From positions 2,752,001 to 2,816,000 of the forward strand of contig OZ254086.1 of NCBI GenBank assembly GCA_965267575.1: a stretch of DNA of 64,000 nt, in the 5' to 3' direction. A program made the position numbers and the translations under genes. Source of the DNA: Calditrichales bacterium (GTDB taxonomy: Bacteria > Calditrichota > Calditrichia > Calditrichales > J004). This document shows positions 52,054-61,090 of this stretch, piece after piece. How positions within the stretch are numbered: the stretch's first letter is position 1; every line of letters begins with the position of its first letter. The notes beneath the pieces are model-generated. The model saw only the letters and a program-made list of their open reading frames with translations, had not been told where the DNA came from and searched no databases.

Positions 52054-53295
52054 ATGCCCGAAAACAATCCATCCCCGCGAAAGCCGGTTCCACTTCTGCC
52101 GATCCTGGTCGTTAATTTTATCGGCGCGCTGGGTCTCAGCATCGTTCTGCCGTTCCTTGTTTTCCTGGTGGAAGATTTTGGCGGCAACGCATTTATATAT
52201 GGTATTGCCGGCGCCATGTACCCCTTTTTTCAGCTTATCGGTTCGCCGCTGCTTGGCCGCTGGAGTGACCGTGTCGGCCGCCGCAAAATCCTGATGATCA
52301 GTCACAGCGGTACCGTACTCTCGTGGATTGTGTTCAGCATCGCGTTGTTTCTGCCCGTGCAGCCGCTTTTTGAATTCAGCCATACTTTAACCGGTTCGTT
52401 CAGCGTTTCCTGGCCGCTGATCATTCTGCTTGTTGCCCGCGGCTTTGATGGTTTGACCGGTGGCAATGTGGCGGTTGCCAACGCCTATCTGGCCGATATC
52501 TCCAGCGAGAAAAAACGCAACGAAAACTTTGGCAAGATGGGCATTGCTTCCAACACGGGCTTTATCATCGGGCCGGCGCTGGCCGGTTTGATGGGCGCCA
52601 TAGGTTATGGCAAAACGCTGCCTGTTTTTGCCGCGCTGATCGTTTCACTGGTGGGTCTGGCCCTTATCCTGTTCTACCTGCCGGAGTCGAAGGACGGCAG
52701 CGATACCGCGGATGATTCGCCGAATGGTAATCATAAGGTGCGTTTGCGAGATCTGCCGAATATCCCGCTGTTGCTGCTTATCTATTTCCTGGTGTTTCTG
52801 GGATTCAATTTTTTCTACACGGCTTTTCCCGTGCATGCCGCGCAGGGGCTTTCCTGGTCGGTGACCGAAACGGGTCTCTTTTTTACGCTGCTCAGCGCGC
52901 TGATGGTGATTGTGCAAGGGCCCATCCTTAAACGGCTTTCTGCAGTCTTCAACGAGGTGTGGCTGGTGGTGGCAGGTGGTTTTATTCTTGGTACCAATTT
53001 CCTGCTTTACCTGCCGGAGGCGCTTTTCTGGACTTACGCGGCAACGGCATTTTTCGCTTTGGGCAATGGCATCATGTGGCCGTCGCTGCAATCGTGCCTT
53101 TCCAAAATGGCCGGAAAACATCAGGGGCTGGTGCAGGGTTTCGCGGGCAGCATGACCGGCGGCGCCAGTATCGCCGGGCTGATTGCCGGGGGCTTTTTGT
53201 ATGGCATCATCGGCGTGCAGGTTTTTATCTTCTCTGCGGGATTGATGTATATTTCGGCCTTGCTGTCGCTGCGCGCAAACCGATCCCGGCTGTAA
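52054..53295 (+). CDS. MFS transporter (TetA/DHA1-like)
   Basis: Motif A GRWSDRVGRR; GLTGGN; GFIIGPALAG. Confidence 0.9.
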   Translation: MPENNPSPRKPVPLLPILVVNFIGALGLSIVLPFLVFLVEDFGGNAFIYGIAGAMYPFFQLIGSPLLGRWSDRVGRRKILMISHSGTVLSWIVFSIALFLPVQPLFEFSHTLTGSFSVSWPLIILLVARGFDGLTGGNVAVANAYLADISSEKKRNENFGKMGIASNTGFIIGPALAGLMGAIGYGKTLPVFAALIVSLVGLALILFYLPESKDGSDTADDSPNGNHKVRLRDLPNIPLLLLIYFLVFLGFNFFYTAFPVHAAQGLSWSVTETGLFFTLLSALMVIVQGPILKRLSAVFNEVWLVVAGGFILGTNFLLYLPEALFWTYAATAFFALGNGIMWPSLQSCLSKMAGKHQGLVQGFAGSMTGGASIAGLIAGGFLYGIIGVQVFIFSAGLMYISALLSLRANRSRL

Positions 53296-53427
53296 CGTGC
53301 CCGGGAAAGCTATAGACCCTTATCCGGCGTTTTTACAATCAAACCACATATTTTTGCAAGAAATGGCGGCAACGATTGTCTATTTTAGTGAATGACGCCT
53401 AATAAAGGACAATGGAGGAAACGCCGT

Positions 53428-53982
53428 TTGGCCAATGAAAGCCGCACTGCCTTGAGATTTGAAGACGTCTATGCCGAAACGGCGTCGATGGTGCTGAACC
53501 TGGCTTTCCGCATGACCGGCAGCCAGGACGTGGCGCAGGACCTGACACAGGATGTGTTCATCAAAGTTTATAAAAATTTGGGAGAATTCCGCGAGCAGGC
53601 GCAGGTCTCGACATGGGTTTACCGTATTGCCATGAACCATATAATCAATTGGGTGAAACGCGAAAAGCGGATGCGCTTTTTTTCAACCCTGGAGAAAGAT
53701 GTAAAAGAGGCCGAAACGGAAAGCAGCTGGCTGGAAGAGAATACACCGCAGAGCCCATCAAAGCAGCTTGAAGAGCATGAGAAAGAGGTCATCATCCGAA
53801 AAATGATAGATAGACTGTCGCCAAAATACCGGCTGCCGCTGCTGCTTTACCGTTACGAGGATTTGAGTTACAAAGAGATAGCCGGGCAGATGGACCTGAG
53901 CCTTAGCGCGGTGGAAGCTCGGATTCACCGGGCACGAAAAAAACTGAAAGAATACCTGAAACCCTGGCTGGAGTATTTTTAG
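53428..53982 (+). CDS. ECF RNA polymerase sigma factor
   Basis: AQDLTQDVF, TWVYRIAMN, LSYKEIA, RIHRAR; GGAGG SD before TTG (ATG 53392 is an alternative). Confidence 0.92.
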   Translation: MANESRTALRFEDVYAETASMVLNLAFRMTGSQDVAQDLTQDVFIKVYKNLGEFREQAQVSTWVYRIAMNHIINWVKREKRMRFFSTLEKDVKEAETESSWLEENTPQSPSKQLEEHEKEVIIRKMIDRLSPKYRLPLLLYRYEDLSYKEIAGQMDLSLSAVEARIHRARKKLKEYLKPWLEYF

Positions 53983-53992
53983 CGAGGAAAGA

Positions 53993-54331
53993 ATGATGAA
54001 AGAAAACAAACTGGATAAACTGTTACAGGAACGGGCGCAATCGCCAATGCCCGAACTACAGCCGCAGCCGTTTTTAGCCACGCGCATAGCGGCACTGGCC
54101 GAAGAGCAGCCGGCGAAGAATTACAGCCTGCCCTGGTACCAGTGGTCGTTTGCGTCGCTGCTGGCGGTGGTAGCTTTTGTGGCGGGCATCTATCTGGGTA
54201 ACGCGCTGCAAAGTCCGGCGCAGCAAAGCGAGGATATCTGGCAAACCTACAGCGAAGCGCTGACACCTAATAGTGTTGCAGATTCCTTTTACGGCGTAAA
54301 TCTGCAGGAAGAAGGAGAGAACGATCAATGA
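53993..54331 (+). CDS. Single-TM putative anti-sigma factor
   Basis: PFLATRI motif, one TM helix, directly after the ECF sigma gene. Confidence 0.6.
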   Translation: MMKENKLDKLLQERAQSPMPELQPQPFLATRIAALAEEQPAKNYSLPWYQWSFASLLAVVAFVAGIYLGNALQSPAQQSEDIWQTYSEALTPNSVADSFYGVNLQEEGENDQ

Positions 54332-54849
54332 AAGTTAAGGTACTGTACATTATTTTGATCATCTCGATTGCGCTGAACCTGGCTGTAATCGGCAGTGTGC
54401 TCTACAACCGCTGGACGCGTCCGGATTTTCCGCCGATGGGTTTTGACGGTCCGCCGGGCATGATGCTGGACCACGAGCAGCGCCGGGAACTGCGCGAGAC
54501 GATGCGCGGCTTTATGCAACGCAACCGCGCCATGATGCATGAGCTGTCGGGCTATGAGAGCGCGTTGTTTGAAGCTTTGTACGAATCGGACAGCGTAAGA
54601 GCGGCCGCCCTGCTGGATACAATCGCGCAAATGCGAAAAGAACAGAGCGAAAATGCCATAAAACATTTTTTTGAAGTACGAAAAAACTTATCCCCGGAAC
54701 AATCACGGGCGCTGCTGGATATGATTGTGCGTCAGCGTCCCGGACGGCATGGGCGCGGCCCGGCATTTGACCGCGACAGGCCGGGACCGGGGAGACGTTT
54801 TCAGCAAGATTTCAGAGATGCGCGTCCTGATAGTGAAAGAGTAGAATAA
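54328..54849 (+). CDS. Periplasmic heavy-metal sensor / Spy-CpxP-like protein
   Basis: ISIALNL anchor; LDHEQR and LSPEQ motifs; helical, Met/His-rich. Confidence 0.75.
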   Translation: MKVKVLYIILIISIALNLAVIGSVLYNRWTRPDFPPMGFDGPPGMMLDHEQRRELRETMRGFMQRNRAMMHELSGYESALFEALYESDSVRAAALLDTIAQMRKEQSENAIKHFFEVRKNLSPEQSRALLDMIVRQRPGRHGRGPAFDRDRPGPGRRFQQDFRDARPDSERVE

Positions 54850-54863
54850 AAAAAGGAGGAGTA

Positions 54864-55889
54864 ATGATACGACTAATTGCCGCACTGGCCATGCTCTCGA
54901 TTGTTGCCTGGTCCTGCCAGGATTCGGGCTCCGAGCCGCAGCAGCAAACCAACCTGGACTATGATGAATTATCGCTGGTGCAAAACGTGGATGACGAACT
55001 GGCCATCCTCAAGCAGGGCCATCCCCATTTTGGGCTGGACAGCAGCGATGTGCAACTGATGCTTTCATGGGACCGCATGCCGCTGCCCGTAATGGGCGAT
55101 ATGCTGATGGGTCACGCGACGGTGATCGCTTTTGACGAGAATGATGACAGTGAAAGGCCCTTTATGCGCTTTGGCGGGCTGGACATGGGTGATGTAACCC
55201 TTGAGACGCCGGATGGCGTTATCGAGCTTCATGCCATCGGCGGCCATGGCGGCGGAACGATTTACAATATTTTTCCGGGTTTTGGTCGCAGCGGCCCGGG
55301 ACCCCGTGGCCCGTTCGGACAATTCGGCCCGGTCAGTACAGTGCCTTTTGCTGAAAGCGGCACCTACACCGTTAACGCAACGGGCAGCGAAGAATTTGAT
55401 CCGATTGCTTTTTCGGTAACGGCCCCGACTGCTTTGCTGACCATCGACAGCAGCGCTTTGGACTGGACGCCGGGCGAAGATCTGCAGCTGACCTGGAGCG
55501 GCGCGGATGCCGATGCCAATATCATCATCGCCGTCCGACCGGCGCCGGCATTTCATAACATATCGCGCGATTCGATCGGGCACCGCATTGGGCGTGATGG
55601 CCCCCGCGGAAGAAGAAGCTTTCCGATTGCGCCGCAGCGTTTTGCCGAGATATTCAATAACGCCCGATTTCACTTTACCCCAGGGTTGCATTTTGTGACG
55701 CACCTGGATGAGAACACGGGCAGTTATACCATTCCAGCAGACAGCCTGCAGGCACTGGTAGATGCCGAGGGTGACGCGCTTATGTTGCATATTTCGGCCA
55801 TCGACTGGAACGATGTGTCGGTGGATGAGCGGCTGGTAAACGCCATAATACGCATGCAGGACAGGGCGATCCTGTTTGAAGAAGAGTAA
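54864..55889 (+). CDS. Hypothetical lipoprotein
   Basis: Lipobox AWSC; AGGAGG SD. Confidence 0.75.
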   Translation: MIRLIAALAMLSIVAWSCQDSGSEPQQQTNLDYDELSLVQNVDDELAILKQGHPHFGLDSSDVQLMLSWDRMPLPVMGDMLMGHATVIAFDENDDSERPFMRFGGLDMGDVTLETPDGVIELHAIGGHGGGTIYNIFPGFGRSGPGPRGPFGQFGPVSTVPFAESGTYTVNATGSEEFDPIAFSVTAPTALLTIDSSALDWTPGEDLQLTWSGADADANIIIAVRPAPAFHNISRDSIGHRIGRDGPRGRRSFPIAPQRFAEIFNNARFHFTPGLHFVTHLDENTGSYTIPADSLQALVDAEGDALMLHISAIDWNDVSVDERLVNAIIRMQDRAILFEEE

Positions 55890-55912
55890 GCACATTCCCG
55901 CCTAGTAATCTT

Positions 55913-55947
55913 AAAAAGCCCCGGTCAGCCCATTGCCCGGGGTTTTT
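55913..55947 (+). terminator. Intrinsic terminator
   Basis: AAAAAGCCCCGG...CCGGGGTTTTT. Confidence 0.75.
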
Positions 55948-55955
55948 ATTTTGGT

Positions 55956-56011
55956 CAATTTCCAAATCCACTAATTCAATAATTCGGTAACTCAACAATT
56001 CAGTAATTCAT
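55956..56011. repeat. Degenerate 8-bp tandem repeat (7 units, consensus YAATTCAN)
   Basis: CAATTTCC AAATCCAC TAATTCAA TAATTCGG TAACTCAA CAATTCAG TAATTCAT. Confidence 0.65.
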
Positions 56012-56094
56012 TCACGATTCCATCCCTCCCCTTTGACCGTAAAAGTGTGGCGCTTTAAATTAGGCGTTCTTGCTCACTCTTAAAGGAGTCTTAT

Positions 56095-57882
56095 ATGCGT
56101 ATTACTTTAGTATCTCTCGGATTAGTCGTTCTGTTTTTGGCCTGTACACCGGATGCCCGTTATCAGAAAGACGCGCAGGCATTTCTGGATTCATATACGG
56201 ATGAGTATATCTCGCTCTATTACGAAGCAGCCAAAGCGGAATGGCGCGCCAACACCTATATCGTGGAGGGTGATACGGCCACGCAGAATGCCGTGCAGCA
56301 GGCCAATGAGGCCCTGGCCGCCTTCTCCGGAAGCAAGGAAAATATTGACATGGCGCGCAGCTACCTGGAAAATGAAATGAAGCTTACACCGCTGCAGGTG
56401 AAGCAGTTTAAAGCCATCCTGTACGCCGCGGCCAACAACCCGCAAACCGTCCCGGACCTGGTGAAAGATCGCATTAAAGCCGAGGCCAAACAGACAGAAA
56501 CACTGTACGGCTTTGATTTTACTATTGACGGGAAATCTGTCTCTACTAACGATATTGACCAGATCCTTGTGGATGAAAACGATCTGGATAAGCGCCTGGC
56601 CGCGTGGCAGAGCAGCAAAGAAGTGGGCAAAAAACTGAAACCGGGTTTGACCAATCTGCAGAAGCTGCGCAACAAAACCGTGCAAGCCCTCGGTTACGAT
56701 GACTACTTCAGCTACCAGGTTTCGGAATATGAAATGAGCACGCAGGAGATGCTGGAATTGAATCACCGGTTGATCGAAGAAGTGATGCCGCTATATCGCG
56801 AGTTGCACACCTGGGCGCGCTACGAGCTGGCCGAAAAGTATGGCGCCGATGAGGTGCCCGAATATCTGCCGGCGCACTGGCTGCCCAACCGCTGGGGCCA
56901 GGACTGGGCCTCGCTGGTCACGGTTGAGGGTATTGACCTTGACGGTGTTTTGAAAACGAAAGAACCGAGCTGGCTGGTGGAACAGGCCGAACGCTTTTAC
57001 ATCAGCCTGGGGTTGGAGGAACTGCCACAGAGTTTTTGGGAGAGATCCAGCCTCTACCCGTTGCCGGACACGGTGGACTACAAAAAGAACAACCATGCCT
57101 CGGCCTGGCACATGGACCTGCAAAACGACATCCGTTGCCTGATGAGCGTGGTACCCAACGAGCGCTGGTACGAAACCACACACCACGAACTGGGCCATAT
57201 CTATTATTATATCCTCTACACCAACCCCGATGTACCGCCACTGTTACGCGGCGGGGCCAACCGCGCTTTCCATGAGGCCGTGGGCAGCATGCTGGGCCTG
57301 GCCGCCATGCAAAAACCGTTTCTGCAGCACCTGGAACTGATCGGAGAGGATGTAGAGACCGACGAGATGAAAACGCTGCTGAAAGAAGCGCTCAATTACA
57401 TCGTTTTCATCCCTTGGTCGGCCGGTGTGATGACCGATTTTGAACATGAGCTTTATGCCAACACATTGTCTCAAGAGCAATACAACGCCAAATGGTGGGA
57501 ACTGAAGAAGAAGCACCAGGGCATTGTTCCGCCCATGGAACGTGGCGCGGAATTTTGCGACGCCGCTTCCAAAACGCATATCAACAACGATGCCGCCCAG
57601 TATTATGATTACGCGCTGAGCTATGTGCTGCTGTTCCAGTTGCACGATCACATTGCAACCAACATCCTGCAGCAGGATCCGCACGCCACCAACTACTACG
57701 GCAGCAAAGAGGTGGGGCAGTTCCTGTCGCAAATACTGTCACCGGGCGCCAGCGTCGATTGGCGCAAGCTGATGCAGAACACGCTCAACGAAGAGATCAG
57801 CGCCAAAGCCATGCTGGAATACTTCCAGCCGCTGATGGACTACCTGAAGGAGCAGAACCAGGGCCGCGAACACACGATATAG
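56095..57882 (+). CDS. M2 family metallopeptidase (ACE-like peptidyl-dipeptidase), lipoprotein
   Basis: HASAW, HHELGHIYY, GANRAFHEAVG; lipobox FLAC. Confidence 0.93.
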   Translation: MRITLVSLGLVVLFLACTPDARYQKDAQAFLDSYTDEYISLYYEAAKAEWRANTYIVEGDTATQNAVQQANEALAAFSGSKENIDMARSYLENEMKLTPLQVKQFKAILYAAANNPQTVPDLVKDRIKAEAKQTETLYGFDFTIDGKSVSTNDIDQILVDENDLDKRLAAWQSSKEVGKKLKPGLTNLQKLRNKTVQALGYDDYFSYQVSEYEMSTQEMLELNHRLIEEVMPLYRELHTWARYELAEKYGADEVPEYLPAHWLPNRWGQDWASLVTVEGIDLDGVLKTKEPSWLVEQAERFYISLGLEELPQSFWERSSLYPLPDTVDYKKNNHASAWHMDLQNDIRCLMSVVPNERWYETTHHELGHIYYYILYTNPDVPPLLRGGANRAFHEAVGSMLGLAAMQKPFLQHLELIGEDVETDEMKTLLKEALNYIVFIPWSAGVMTDFEHELYANTLSQEQYNAKWWELKKKHQGIVPPMERGAEFCDAASKTHINNDAAQYYDYALSYVLLFQLHDHIATNILQQDPHATNYYGSKEVGQFLSQILSPGASVDWRKLMQNTLNEEISAKAMLEYFQPLMDYLKEQNQGREHTI

Positions 57883-57883
57883 C

Positions 57884-57915
57884 GTGCTAAAGTGTTAGGG
57901 TGTTAAGGTGTTAAT
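57884..57915. repeat. 8-bp tandem repeat (4 units, GTGYTARN)
   Basis: GTGCTAAA GTGTTAGG GTGTTAAG GTGTTAAT. Confidence 0.65.
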
Positions 57916-57947
57916 GTAGGGGCGCATTTCGATGCGCCCCTTTTTTT
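57916..57947 (+). terminator. GTAG-tailed REP-like palindrome acting as terminator
   Basis: GTAGGGGCGCAT-TTCG-ATGCGCCCCT followed by a T run. Confidence 0.7.
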
Positions 57948-57962
57948 ATCATGCAGATTACG

Positions 57963-58733
57963 CTATTCCAGTATCTCAATAATCCTTTTCACAGAACGCA
58001 TTTCTCCCAGGCGAATTAGTAGTAAAACTAACTGAAGCCATAGTCCCGGGCCCAGCATTAATTGTCCTACTTTCGCAATGTCGCGGTCCAGGGCAATAAT
58101 CCTGGCTGTCCTTTGTTCGGAAGTAAGAGGATGGAGTTGTGTCGCTACTTTCCAGGCTTGGCCGCGGGTAAACTTCATGGCCAGGTCGGCCAGTGATTCA
58201 TCAAACCTGCCGGCCATGCGGTCGATGATTTTAAGCAAGGGCCAAACCTGCGCCAATTCCTTTTGCACCTCGTCCACCAGGCTTGCCAAAATGTTGTTTA
58301 TTTTGTTGAAATCATTTTTGAGGGCGTTGAGATTCGCCTGATGCGCCGTCTCCGCCGCGGCAATGCCCAGGTCAAGATCGATATGCGCGTTCATGCCCAG
58401 CAACAAATGTTGCAAAACGATCGGCCGCCAACGAACACTATTATCAAAAGCCAGACGCCAGCAGTGGGTGGTTTCTTGTCCGGCGTAGTAGAAATCAAAA
58501 GCCTGCAGATAGCGGTTGGCAAAAATGACGTCCAGCTTTTCCATACGCGGCCCGTCTTCAAATTCGCCATTGGCAATGCCTTCTTTTACGCGGATGGTCA
58601 CCTTGCGATAGAGCGCGGCAAAGTAGCCACAGCGGCTTTTATTTAGCTTGGACCACTTAACGATGTCGGTGAGCATGCGTATGGCTTCGTCTATGCTTGT
58701 GGCATTCAGGTTAGTTGGGGTGGGGGATTGCAT
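57963..58733 (-). CDS. DUF5995-like hypothetical protein
   Basis: GYFAALYRKVT, LDVIFANRYL, QHLLLGMNAHIDLDL. Confidence 0.75.
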   Translation of the reverse strand: MQSPTPTNLNATSIDEAIRMLTDIVKWSKLNKSRCGYFAALYRKVTIRVKEGIANGEFEDGPRMEKLDVIFANRYLQAFDFYYAGQETTHCWRLAFDNSVRWRPIVLQHLLLGMNAHIDLDLGIAAAETAHQANLNALKNDFNKINNILASLVDEVQKELAQVWPLLKIIDRMAGRFDESLADLAMKFTRGQAWKVATQLHPLTSEQRTARIIALDRDIAKVGQLMLGPGLWLQLVLLLIRLGEMRSVKRIIEILE

Positions 58734-58812
58734 TATGGGGTTATATGATTTTGTTGGACGGAAATGATGAGCAAACGTAGTTTTAACAGATAACGTGTTC
58801 TCTCGCAAGTTC

Positions 58813-59226
58813 TTATTTATTTGTCTGTGACGCAAAAAGCTTGATTGGTAAAAAGCTTTTGAAACTTAAAAAATCTTTATCCTGGGTGAAAATTTCAAGA
58901 TCATTGTTTACTGCCGTCGAGCAGATAAGAAAATCGGTATTGGAGCCTTGAATGCCATTTTTCCTGCATATGTTAAAAAATGAAGCAGCCTGTTCATAAT
59001 CCTCACTTCTAATATCTAGATCCGGAAAAAACGAAAGATACTGTTTTAATTCATTAAATTGCTTTTGAGATTTGATACCGGAAAGTATCTCTTGCCTGAC
59101 AGGACCGATCATTTGTACACGGGCGTCCTTAATAATTTCAGATAGCTTTTTCTTAATCTCTTGGTTCTGATCTAACCCTCTACGCAAGGCCAATGACCAG
59201 ATGGATGTATCAACAAGAATTTTCAT
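58813..59226 (-). CDS. vapC: VapC-family PIN toxin
   Basis: LVDTSIW, RQEILSG, TDFLI, TQDKDF: all four acidic positions present. Confidence 0.88.
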   Translation of the reverse strand: MKILVDTSIWSLALRRGLDQNQEIKKKLSEIIKDARVQMIGPVRQEILSGIKSQKQFNELKQYLSFFPDLDIRSEDYEQAASFFNICRKNGIQGSNTDFLICSTAVNNDLEIFTQDKDFLSFKSFLPIKLFASQTNK

Positions 59227-59423
59227 TCTTTATTTCGCTGATCCTTATAGCTATAGCTCTCTTCGTATTCAACAGAACCAAACATTTTTATAATCTGCTG
59301 CTGTTTTCTGCGCTGAATATATTCTTGTAAAGCTTCCGTTACAGCTGCCTTTTTGGTCTTATGTTTGCCCACCTTTTTGGCCGCTTCAAGCAAGGCATCG
59401 TCAATTGCTAGATTGGATGGCAT
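59223..59423 (-). CDS. vapB: VapB-family (RHH, DUF2191-like) antitoxin
   Basis: NLAIDDALL...TKKAAVTEALQEY; overlaps the toxin start; GGAGGAG SD. Confidence 0.85.
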   Translation of the reverse strand: MPSNLAIDDALLEAAKKVGKHKTKKAAVTEALQEYIQRRKQQQIIKMFGSVEYEESYSYKDQRNKE

Positions 59424-59450
59424 AACTTTCTCCTCCACGTAAACTTCGTA

Positions 59451-59479
59451 ATTTTACACACTAATTTGTGTGGTAGCAA
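59451..59479 (-). promoter_or_regulatory. vapBC promoter with operator-like inverted repeat in the spacer
   Basis: Minus strand TTGCTA-17 nt-TAAAAT; CACAC-6 nt-GTGTG at 59457-59472. Confidence 0.65.
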
Positions 59480-59514
59480 GTGTAGGAATGTAAAGATTAA
59501 TCTATCCCCAACAT

Positions 59515-60123
59515 TTACTTCTGTTGCGAAAGACTCAGCGTCTGAATCAATTCTTCGGCGGGGGCGGCCTCAGCAGGACTCACATTGTCGGCGTAGGTTT
59601 GCAGGCAATCGATGGCCTTGTCGTACTCTTCGCTAAGGGCGTGCACCAAACCCAGGTTAAAGTGGATGTTTGGGTCTTCCGGTTCAATTTCGATGGCGGT
59701 TTGGTAATGCAGTCGGGCCAGGTGCAGGTTGCCGTTGTCAAAATAGAGGTTGGCCAGGTTAAAGTGCGCCTCATAGTGGCGTGGTTCGCGCACAAGGGCT
59801 TGGGTGAAGCAATCGATGGCTTTGCTGCTGTCGCCGTTGTTGGCGTGGATAATGCCCAGGTTGCAGTAGGCGTCGGCGACGCAATCTTCCTTGGCGATGG
59901 CTTTTTGGTACAGTTCGGCAGCACGGCTATCACCGCGTTCATCATGGAGCAGGGCGCTTTCGAATGGGCCACCGGGTTGGGCCATGGGCAAAATCTTCGG
60001 GCGCGGACGCTCGAACAGGTTCATCTGTCCTTTGCGCTCCATCAGGCCTTTTTTACCCTTGCGTGCCTTGCGGTGTCCCAGCCTCGCCGGGGGTGTCGTA
60101 TTTAGTTTAAATATCTTAGCCAT
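59515..60123 (-). CDS. Tetratricopeptide repeat protein downstream of ku
   Basis: TPR motifs AYCNLG, AHFNLA, IHFNLG; basic N-terminus containing QMNLF. Confidence 0.85.
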   Translation of the reverse strand: MAKIFKLNTTPPARLGHRKARKGKKGLMERKGQMNLFERPRPKILPMAQPGGPFESALLHDERGDSRAAELYQKAIAKEDCVADAYCNLGIIHANNGDSSKAIDCFTQALVREPRHYEAHFNLANLYFDNGNLHLARLHYQTAIEIEPEDPNIHFNLGLVHALSEEYDKAIDCLQTYADNVSPAEAAPAEELIQTLSLSQQK

Positions 60124-60130
60124 GAAGTAT

Positions 60131-60165
60131 TAATTTGTAATTCGTAATTCTCAATTCGTAATTGA
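60131..60165. repeat. 7-bp tandem repeat (5 units, TAATTCG)
   Basis: TAATTTG TAATTCG TAATTCT CAATTCG TAATTGA. Confidence 0.65.
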
Positions 60166-60166
60166 T

Positions 60167-61015
60167 TTATGCTGTTTTGCGCTTTTTCTGCGTACCCGAT
60201 TTGGCGGCAGCTTTTTTACCGGTGGCTTTTTTCATAGGCTTCTTCTCGGTTTTGGCCTGCTCGATGCTGGCCTTAAGCGCCGACATAATATCCACAACCG
60301 GTTGCTCTTCTTCTTCCACGGTCACGATCTCCTTACCTTCGATTTTGGCATCAATCATTTCGCGCAGGGCGTCGCCGTAGCGATCCTTCAGTTCGATATC
60401 GGCAAATTTCTTGCTCATCGAGTCGACCAGCGTTTGGGCCAGCTTCAGCTCTTCTTTCGGTGGCGTGGCATCATCCAGGTTGGGCATATCATTGATATCG
60501 CGGATCTCCTGCGGGTAACGCAGCTTATAAAGCATGATGCCGTTTTTCTCGGGAGAAATCAAAACGCTATCTTCACGTTCACGCAATACCACGCGGCCGA
60601 TGCCCAGCTTGCCGCTTTTCTTCAGCACCTCGCAGAGCAGGGCGTAGGGCTTGGAGGCCACGTCACCGTCGGGTCCGGCAAAGTAGGGCGTGTCATACAA
60701 CGTGGAATGCACCTCGCTGGCATCCACAAAACCCTCGATGTCAATCACCTTGGTGCTTTTAAGTTTCAGCTTTTCAAAATCTCCCTTTTCAACGATCACG
60801 AATTGCTCGGGCTCGTACTGGTAGCCTTTTACGATCTCGTCTTTGTCCAGCACTTCACCGCACTTTTTACATTTTTTTTGGTAGCCCACCTGACCGTTAC
60901 AATCCTTATGCAGCTGGTTAAAGCGGATAGTCTGGGCGTTATCGATCGCGCTGTAAACACGAATCGGGATTGTTACCAGCGAAAAACGAATATGACCTTT
61001 CCAAATGGCACGCAT
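60167..61015 (-). CDS. ku: Non-homologous end joining protein Ku
   Basis: MRAIWKGHIRFSLVTIP, IVKGYQY, DIMSALKAS, basic C-terminal tail. Confidence 0.96.
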   Translation of the reverse strand: MRAIWKGHIRFSLVTIPIRVYSAIDNAQTIRFNQLHKDCNGQVGYQKKCKKCGEVLDKDEIVKGYQYEPEQFVIVEKGDFEKLKLKSTKVIDIEGFVDASEVHSTLYDTPYFAGPDGDVASKPYALLCEVLKKSGKLGIGRVVLREREDSVLISPEKNGIMLYKLRYPQEIRDINDMPNLDDATPPKEELKLAQTLVDSMSKKFADIELKDRYGDALREMIDAKIEGKEIVTVEEEEQPVVDIMSALKASIEQAKTEKKPMKKATGKKAAAKSGTQKKRKTA

Positions 61016-61090
61016 GAGCACCTCCGGGTTTTGCGGGTGTTGGCGGCTAAGTCCGATAAAATCAACGGCTTATCCGCGATGGGACGTAAT

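Noticed and set aside
53291..53316. TGTAAC upstream of the ECF sigma gene as a copy of the shared ECF promoter
   Set aside because: The -10 position reads TAGA, not CGTA
55956..56011. Tandem arrays as CRISPR
   Set aside because: Units are 7-8 bp with no spacers, and there are no cas genes
61043..61077. Imperfect hairpin between ligD and ku as terminator
   Set aside because: No U-tract directly after the stem; it may be a stability element but this is unsupported
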